Source of the DNA: Candidatus Poseidoniaceae archaeon
Lineage (GTDB): Archaea; Thermoplasmatota; Poseidoniia; Poseidoniales; Poseidoniaceae
Reading direction: 5' to 3'
NCBI GenBank assembly: GCA_965659685.1
Contig: CBFHXB010000013.1
Span: 215 to 64,214, forward strand
Length of the DNA stretch: 64,000 nucleotides
Part shown: one piece after another, positions 57,953 to 64,000 of the stretch
Position numbering within the stretch: position 1 is the stretch's first letter
Layout: every line of letters starts with the position of its first letter
Made by a program: the position numbers and the translations under genes
The notes under the pieces: model-generated
Told to the model about the DNA's origin: nothing
The model's database searches: none
What the model saw: only the letters and a program-made list of their open reading frames with translations

Positions 57953-60900
57953 TCACGCTTTGTCCTCGTGCATCGTCTTGGCTTGCTTGGCCCACTCGTC
58001 ACGCTTCACGCGACCTGGGAAGAACTCGATGGCGACGTTGACCTCTTCTTCGATCTCCGGCGTCATCTTGCTCACCTGTTCAAAGGTGAAGATGCCCAAG
58101 GCGTTCAGCTTCTCTTCGATGAACGGCCCGATGCCCTTGATGGCCTTCAGGTCGTCCTTCTCTGAGGCGGAGGCCACGCCGAGCGTGGCGAAGTCGATCT
58201 TCTCGGCCTTCTGCGCGATGCGCTCCAGTTCCTCGGCCTGCTTCAGCGCCTTCTCGTCCAACTTGGCGTCCTCGCCGAGCAGAATCTTCGCTTGAGCCAC
58301 CCACTGGTCGCGCTTGACGCGGCCGGGGAAGAACTCGATGGCCTCGTTGACTTCGTCCTCCAATTTCGCGGTCATGTTCGCGATTTGACGGTAGGTCGTG
58401 ATGCCCAGCGCGTTCAACTTCTCCTCGATGAAGGGCCCAATGCCCTTGATCACTTGGAGGTCGTCTTGCGCCCTCAAGGTCGCGGACGCGGCAAACACGC
58501 GCGTCACACCGGTCACGCCGGTCAGAGCGTTGCCGTCCTTGCCGGTCCAGGAAATCCTGGTCGTTCCCTTTCCGTCCTGAATCGAGGCAGAACCTTGCTC
58601 TTCAAAGTCAGCCGCGTTGGCCACCTCAAGCGTCGTGGCCCCTTTCTTGACCTCTTCCTTGAGTTCGGTGCTGGAGGCTTGTCCGATGACCTTGAAGTCG
58701 ATTTGCTTGGCACGCTCTTTCACGCGCTCAAGTTCCTCTTGCTTCTTGGCTTCCTTGGTCGAGGCGGGCTTCTTGGCATTCGCTTCCTTCTCGGCAGCAG
58801 CAGCGGCTTCTTCCTTGGCCTTCGCTTCGGCGTCCGCCTCGGCCTTCGCCTTCTTCTCGGCGGCCTTGGCTTCCTTCTCGGCAGCGGCAGCAGCGGTTTC
58901 TTCCTCGGCGGCCTTGGCAGCGGCTTCTTCTTCCGCCTTCTTGGCGGCTTCCGCTTCCTCAGCAGCCTTGGCGGCGGCTTCTTCTTCCGCCCGCTGGGCG
59001 GCTTCGGCTTCCTCCGCGGCCTTCAGGGCCTCTTCGTCCGCCTTGATTTCAGCACCGACGATCTCCTGAGCCTGCTTGACCCATTCGTCTCGACGGATGC
59101 GTCCGCTGTAGTGCTCGATGGCTTCGTTGACCTCGTCTTCCGTCTCACGGTCGAAGTTGGCCAGTTGTGCGTAGGTGAAGATGCCCAAGGCGTTGAGTTT
59201 CTCCTCGCTGTACGGGCCGATGCCCTTGATCGCTTGGAGGTCGTCAGCGTCCTTCTTGGTCGCCGTGCCAATGCGGTCGAAGTCGAAGTCCTTCTTCCGG
59301 TCCTTGATGCGCTTCATCGTGTCCTTCTTGACCGATTTTGCCTTCTTGTCGTCTGCAGCAACGGTGACCTCCCAAAGGAAGTACACGCTGGCCCTGCCCA
59401 ACTTGATGCGCGCAGTGTAGGTCCCGCCTTCGTAGGTTGGGAATTCGCTGTCGTCGAACTTGAAGTTGAGGACCATCTCACCGTCTTTGCCCACCGCCAA
59501 ACGACGCGTACCATCCGTGCTGAAGACGGATTCATACATCGTGAAACGACCGTAGTTGCTCTCGTCGTTGTGGTCAACCATCTCCACCCGGATGTCGCTC
59601 ATGCCGGTGATGGTGATCGTCTCAGACGTTGAGACGCTCGAACCGGCCTCAACCGGTCCAGCAGCGGCAAGGACAAACGGATTGTCCTGCGTACCTGCAC
59701 CGCTCACAAAGTCCGGCTCTGCCGTGGTGTTCTCGGGCTCGGGTCCAACCAGCAAATTGCGGTTGCGACCGACCAACAAGAGAAGCAGAAGCAAGAGCAT
59801 GAGCGGGAACAAGCACACCCAAAGGGAGTTCCGGTTGTCGTCGTCAAAGGTGGCGCTGATGCAGGATTGCGTCCAACTCTCTTCACCAGATCCAGCATCC
59901 AACGGGTTGGAACCACACGATGCTTCCTGAGCGTCCGAGTAGCCGTCGTTGTCGTCGTCATCGTCAGCGGTCAGGTTCCCAACATAGCCTTCTGGCAATT
60001 CGTCGGGCAGGCCGTCGTCGTCCAGGTCGCCAAGCACGGTCACCGAGAGCACGAAGGACGCGCTGTGGGCCGAGTTGTTCGCCCACACGGTCACGTTCAG
60101 TGGCCCGGCGGCTTCCGTCGGGGTACCACGGATGCTTCCGTCGAGGTAGGCGTCGCGCGCAGGGCTCCATCCGAAGGTCAGCCCTTCAGGCAGGTCGCCT
60201 TCAATTTCCCAAGACGTGACGTCGCCGCTGCCGTTGATGACCGGCAGGAAGGGATCCATCGTCTTGTTCTCAAAGAGGTCCAGATGCTGCGTCGGGTACT
60301 CCAACGTGAACGGCAGGTCGAGGGACGGATCGAGCGCATCGCAGATGCCGTCGTTGTCGGTGTCGGCGGGCACGCTCATGTTGTCCAGCGGATTCGACGT
60401 GCCACACGCCGCTTCATCGCCATCGGACCAGCCGTCGTCGTCGTCGTCGAGGTCCTCCACCAGCGGTGGAACGCTCGTGGAATTGACGCCGTCCACCAAG
60501 GTGTCGGGCATGCCGTCACCGTCGGTGTCCATCGCGCCGGCAGGGTCGAGCGGGAAGGCGTCAGGACCGGCGATGCAACCGCCGTTGGCGGGTGCTTGTG
60601 GTCCGTCGCAGATGCCGTCACCGTCGCTGTCGGGGTTGCTTGGGCTGGTGCCGTCCGGCAAACCGGCTTCGTCGTCGTTGAGGATGCCGTCGCCGTCCAT
60701 GTCGTCGTCCATCAGGTCGCAGATGCCGTCGCCGTCCATGTCGTCAGGCAGGCTCGTCGCGTTGAGCGGATCGCTCTGGCAGTCCACTTCCATCGTGTCG
60801 AGGTAACCGTCGTTGTCGTCGTCGTCGTCCGCCGTCAGTCCGCCGGGACCGTCAGGGTCCTCGTCGGGGAAGGCGTCGCCGTCCGTGTTCACGGGCAGCG

Positions 60901-63900
60901 CAGGATCGAGCGGAGCGCTGTCAGGTCCGGCGAAGCACGCACCGTCGCCGGTGCCGTTGCCGTCGCAGAAGCCGTCGCCGTCCGTGTCCGGATTGTACGG
61001 GTCAGAGCCGATGAGCGTCTCGTTCTCGTCGGACAGGCCGTCGTTGTCGTCGTCCTCGTCCTCGACGAGGGTGTAGGGCGGCAAGCCGGTCGTCGGGTAG
61101 TCGTCCGGAAGTTGATCGGGCATGCCGTCGCCGTCGAAGTCTTCCAGAATCTCGAGCCAGAAGGTGGCTTCAATCGAGAAGGCCGGGTCGGTCGTGTTCG
61201 CCCAAATCGTGTAGGTCGTGTTGTCCATGGCTTGCATCGGCGTACCGCTGATCACACCCGTGCTGGTGTTCAGAATCAGGCCTGCAGGCAGGGCGGGTGA
61301 GACCTCCCATGTGGCGCCGGGCACGGCGTTGGGCGGCTGAATCGGCGCCGTCTGGGTGTTGTTGACCAAGACGGTTGGACCGAGTGGGCCCGTACCAACA
61401 GGGTTGGAGTCAGGACCGGCAACGCACACGCCAGCCACCGCGTTGGGGCCGTCGCACACACCGTCACCGTCGGTGTCGGGGTTGAGGGAATCCGTGCCGA
61501 GGTCACCGGTGCCGTTGTAGACGCCCGTGCCGGTCTCGGACAGGTCGGACGCGCCGTCACCGTCGTCGTCCAGGTCTTCCACCAGTTCGCCACTGGCCGG
61601 ATAGTCCTCAGGCAGCTCGTTGGGCAAACCGTCGCCGTCCGTGTCTTCGAGCACTTCGAGGTTGAAGGAGAAGAACAGACCACCGGAGGTGGCGTTGCCG
61701 TAGACCGTGTATTCCGTCAATGGAACGACCTCGGTCGGCGTGCCGCTGATGATGCCGGTCGCAGGGTCGATCGAAAGACCCGCAGGCAGGGCCGGGTGGA
61801 CCTCGTACGTGCCATCAGGGATGGTGTACTTCGGCGTCAAGGAGACCATGACCGAGTTGTTGACCGCATAGAGGTCGCCTTCGGCGGTGAGGCCAAGCGG
61901 CGTGTCGTCAGGACCGGCCACACAGATGGGCGGTACCGCGTTGGGGCCGTCGCAAATGCCGTCGTTGTCGGTGTCCGGATCAAGCGGGTCGGTTCCCGTA
62001 TCGGTCGCGTCCACGTACAGACCGGTGTCCGTCTCGTTGACGTCGTCCAAGCCGTCGCCGTCGTCGTCCTCGTCCTCCATGAGCGGTGGAACGCTCGTGG
62101 ACGAGCCGTTGATGGTGTCCGGCATGCCGTCGCCGTCGGTGTCCGTGTCGGCCGACGGGTCAAGCGGGAAGGCGTCAGGTCCAGCCGTGCACACGCCGCC
62201 AACCGCGTTGGGGCCGTCGCACATGCCGTCACCGTCGGTGTCCGGGTTCGTCGGGTTCGTGCCGTCGTTCACCTCATCGGCGTCCAACGTACCGTCCGCG
62301 TCGTCGTCGAGGTCCTCGACCAGTCCGGGTGAATCGGGGTTGTTCGGGTCGTAATCGCTCGGCAAGGTGTCGGGCATGCCGTCACCGTCGCTGTCTTCGA
62401 GGATTTCAACCGTAAAGTCCCAGGACACCGACGAGCCGTCCGTGTGGTTCAGCCAGACCGTGAAGGTCGTGTTGGCAAGCGCCTCGGTTGGCGTGCCGCT
62501 GATCTCACCGGTGTTGACGTCGAGCGTCAGCGAAGCAGGCAGGTCAGGCGCGATGGCGTAGGTGCCGCCATCAAGCGTGTGGTACGGCGCCAGCGTGGCG
62601 ATGGCGGTGTTGTTCACGGCCACCAGCGTGGGCGGTGGAACCATGCCGAGCGGGTCGATGTCCGGCCCAGCGATGCACACGCCGGGCACGCGCGACGGTC
62701 CGTCGCACACGCCGTCATCGTCGCTGTCAGGGTCGCGTGGGTCGGTGCCGGTGTTGTTCTCGTCAACGTAGGCACCGGTGCCTGTTTCCGCCGTGTCGTT
62801 GTAGCCGTCGCCGTCATCGTCCAGGTCCTCTTCGAGGCCGGGCGTGCGGATCGGGTCGTTGACCGCGTCGTAATCGCTTGGCAAGGCGTCGGGGGAGCCG
62901 TCGCCGTCCAAGTCCTCCAGGACTTCGAGGAAGAAGGTCCACGTCACGCTCACGCCACTGCTGTCGTTGGCCCACATCGTGTAGGTCGTGTTGGCCATCA
63001 CCATGTCCGGCGTGCCCCAGATGGAGCCGTTGCTGGCGTCGAACTGCATCGAGGTCGGCAGCGCAGGAACGATGGCGTAGGTTGCACCGGTGAGGGTCAC
63101 AAAGGGTGCAACCTCCGAAACCGCCGAGTTGTTGACCAAGGTGATCGGCGTGGAAATGGCGGTCACGCCGTTGCTCGTGTCAGGACCGGCAACGCACACG
63201 CCAGCGACCGCATTCGGCCCGTCGCACACGCCGTCACCGTCGGTGTCGGGGTTGAGCGGGTCGGTGCCCGTGTCGCTCGCATCAACGTAGGTCCCGGTGT
63301 CGGTTTCCACGCTGTCGGAAAGGCCGTCGCCGTCGTCGTCGCTGTCGGCCACAAGACCGGAGGTCGGTCCTTCCGCCGCGTCATAATCGCTCGGCAGGTC
63401 GTTGGCAAGACCGTCCCCGTCGAAGTCCGCAAGGCTTTGCAGGTTGAAGGTGAATGTCTCAGTTGCACCTGTGCCTGTTGAGCCACCGCTGCCTGAGCCG
63501 CTGCCTGAGCCGCCTCCAAGTGAGGTAATCTCGGATGGTTGGTGCGCCCAAAGTTCGTGGCCGCTGCTTCCATCAATCGCACTGAAGTAGAGCGTATCAC
63601 CGACGAGTATCACCATGTATTGTCCAGGGTAACTGCTTCCTCCGCTGTTGATATCAGCCACCTGCCACGTTGAGGCGTTTGAGGTATCATGAGCCCACAA
63701 TTCTGTGCCGCTGCTTCCATCACTCGCATCGAAGTAGAGCGTATCACCGACGAGTATCGCGCCCATGTAATATCCGGGGCTGTTGCCGCTTGTTCCGCTG
63801 TTGATATCAGCCACCTGCCACGTTGAGGCGTTTGAGGTATCATGAGCCCACAGTTCTATGCCGCTGTTTCCATCATTCGCATCGAAGTAGAGCGTATCAC

Positions 63901-64000
63901 CGACGAGTATCGCCATGTAATATCCGGGGTTACTTTGGCCATTCCCGCTGTCGATATCAGTCACCTGCCACGTTGAGGCGTTTGAGGTATCATGAGCCCA
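57953..64000 (-). CDS. giant cell-surface protein (5' end outside window): ELWxxDGT-type repeats, 5 putative-Ig domains, Ca-binding DxDxDG repeats, TM, A/E/K coiled coil, 3 HhH-type repeats
   Basis: Frame is open to the window edge, >2000 aa. Motifs: GxELWAHD, PALPAGL...GTP, DTDGDG, TM at ~59768-59830 and DDLxxIKGIGP x3. Confidence 0.9.
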   Translation of the reverse strand, partial: WAHDTSNASTWQVTDIDSGNGQSNPGYYMAILVGDTLYFDANDGNSGIELWAHDTSNASTWQVADINSGTSGNSPGYYMGAILVGDTLYFDASDGSSGTELWAHDTSNASTWQVADINSGGSSYPGQYMVILVGDTLYFSAIDGSSGHELWAHQPSEITSLGGGSGSGSGSGGSTGTGATETFTFNLQSLADFDGDGLANDLPSDYDAAEGPTSGLVADSDDDGDGLSDSVETDTGTYVDASDTGTDPLNPDTDGDGVCDGPNAVAGVCVAGPDTSNGVTAISTPITLVNNSAVSEVAPFVTLTGATYAIVPALPTSMQFDASNGSIWGTPDMVMANTTYTMWANDSSGVSVTWTFFLEVLEDLDGDGSPDALPSDYDAVNDPIRTPGLEEDLDDDGDGYNDTAETGTGAYVDENNTGTDPRDPDSDDDGVCDGPSRVPGVCIAGPDIDPLGMVPPPTLVAVNNTAIATLAPYHTLDGGTYAIAPDLPASLTLDVNTGEISGTPTEALANTTFTVWLNHTDGSSVSWDFTVEILEDSDGDGMPDTLPSDYDPNNPDSPGLVEDLDDDADGTLDADEVNDGTNPTNPDTDGDGMCDGPNAVGGVCTAGPDAFPLDPSADTDTDGDGMPDTINGSSTSVPPLMEDEDDDGDGLDDVNETDTGLYVDATDTGTDPLDPDTDNDGICDGPNAVPPICVAGPDDTPLGLTAEGDLYAVNNSVMVSLTPKYTIPDGTYEVHPALPAGLSIDPATGIISGTPTEVVPLTEYTVYGNATSGGLFFSFNLEVLEDTDGDGLPNELPEDYPASGELVEDLDDDGDGASDLSETGTGVYNGTGDLGTDSLNPDTDGDGVCDGPNAVAGVCVAGPDSNPVGTGPLGPTVLVNNTQTAPIQPPNAVPGATWEVSPALPAGLILNTSTGVISGTPMQAMDNTTYTIWANTTDPAFSIEATFWLEILEDFDGDGMPDQLPDDYPTTGLPPYTLVEDEDDDNDGLSDENETLIGSDPYNPDTDGDGFCDGNGTGDGACFAGPDSAPLDPALPVNTDGDAFPDEDPDGPGGLTADDDDDNDGYLDTMEVDCQSDPLNATSLPDDMDGDGICDLMDDDMDGDGILNDDEAGLPDGTSPSNPDSDGDGICDGPQAPANGGCIAGPDAFPLDPAGAMDTDGDGMPDTLVDGVNSTSVPPLVEDLDDDDDGWSDGDEAACGTSNPLDNMSVPADTDNDGICDALDPSLDLPFTLEYPTQHLDLFENKTMDPFLPVINGSGDVTSWEIEGDLPEGLTFGWSPARDAYLDGSIRGTPTEAAGPLNVTVWANNSAHSASFVLSVTVLGDLDDDGLPDELPEGYVGNLTADDDDDNDGYSDAQEASCGSNPLDAGSGEESWTQSCISATFDDDNRNSLWVCLFPLMLLLLLLLLVGRNRNLLVGPEPENTTAEPDFVSGAGTQDNPFVLAAAGPVEAGSSVSTSETITITGMSDIRVEMVDHNDESNYGRFTMYESVFSTDGTRRLAVGKDGEMVLNFKFDDSEFPTYEGGTYTARIKLGRASVYFLWEVTVAADDKKAKSVKKDTMKRIKDRKKDFDFDRIGTATKKDADDLQAIKGIGPYSEEKLNALGIFTYAQLANFDRETEDEVNEAIEHYSGRIRRDEWVKQAQEIVGAEIKADEEALKAAEEAEAAQRAEEEAAAKAAEEAEAAKKAEEEAAAKAAEEETAAAAAEKEAKAAEKKAKAEADAEAKAKEEAAAAAEKEANAKKPASTKEAKKQEELERVKERAKQIDFKVIGQASSTELKEEVKKGATTLEVANAADFEEQGSASIQDGKGTTRISWTGKDGNALTGVTGVTRVFAASATLRAQDDLQVIKGIGPFIEEKLNALGITTYRQIANMTAKLEDEVNEAIEFFPGRVKRDQWVAQAKILLGEDAKLDEKALKQAEELERIAQKAEKIDFATLGVASASEKDDLKAIKGIGPFIEEKLNALGIFTFEQVSKMTPEIEEEVNVAIEFFPGRVKRDEWAKQAKTMHEDKA
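63551..64000 (-). repeat. three near-identical tandem in-frame repeats of 147, 153 and 150 bp
   Basis: TGGGCTCATGATACCTCAAACGCCTCAACGTGGCAGGTG (minus strand) recurs exactly at 64000, 63850 and 63697. Confidence 0.92.

Noticed and set aside
63551-64000. CRISPR array or DGR template/variable repeat
   Set aside because: The units are in-frame ~150-bp coding repeats without unique spacers. Differences include indels and are not adenine-restricted, and no cas or reverse transcriptase gene is in the window.

Overview
A gene-dense, GC-rich archaeal chromosomal segment, most consistent with Marine Group II Euryarchaeota (Ca. Poseidoniales). The archaeal markers are archaeosine TGT with a PUA domain, a long archaeal PheS, CTP-dependent riboflavin kinase, a DRG GTPase, FUN14 and a DUF1628-type pilin. 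These sit alongside many bacterial-type genes: an RhlE-like helicase, FolD, a full sufCBDSE cluster and a PpgK-like kinase. I support about 62 CDSs and 3 tRNAs (Gly-CCC, Arg-CCG, Thr-TGT). I saw no rRNA, CRISPR array, integrase or transposase. The most notable observations are: (1) a type IV pilin fused to a complete PstS-type phosphate-binding domain, with no pstCAB nearby; (2) a translationally coupled operon encoding a DUF2226/DUF835-like protein, a bacterial DnaA-type AAA+ protein lacking the DNA-binding domain, and a YkgJ Cys-cluster protein; (3) a circularly permuted glycerophosphodiesterase divergent from an IPC-synthase-like membrane enzyme; (4) a giant surface protein with homogenised, variable-loop propeller repeats outside and three HhH-type repeats after its membrane anchor; (5) tandem HTH_10 regulators coupled to nifU and divergent from suf; (6) an archaeosine TGT lacking its Zn ligands; and (7) a degenerate MalQ-like protein. 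All family assignments come from motif recognition by eye, not database searches, and many start codons are estimates.
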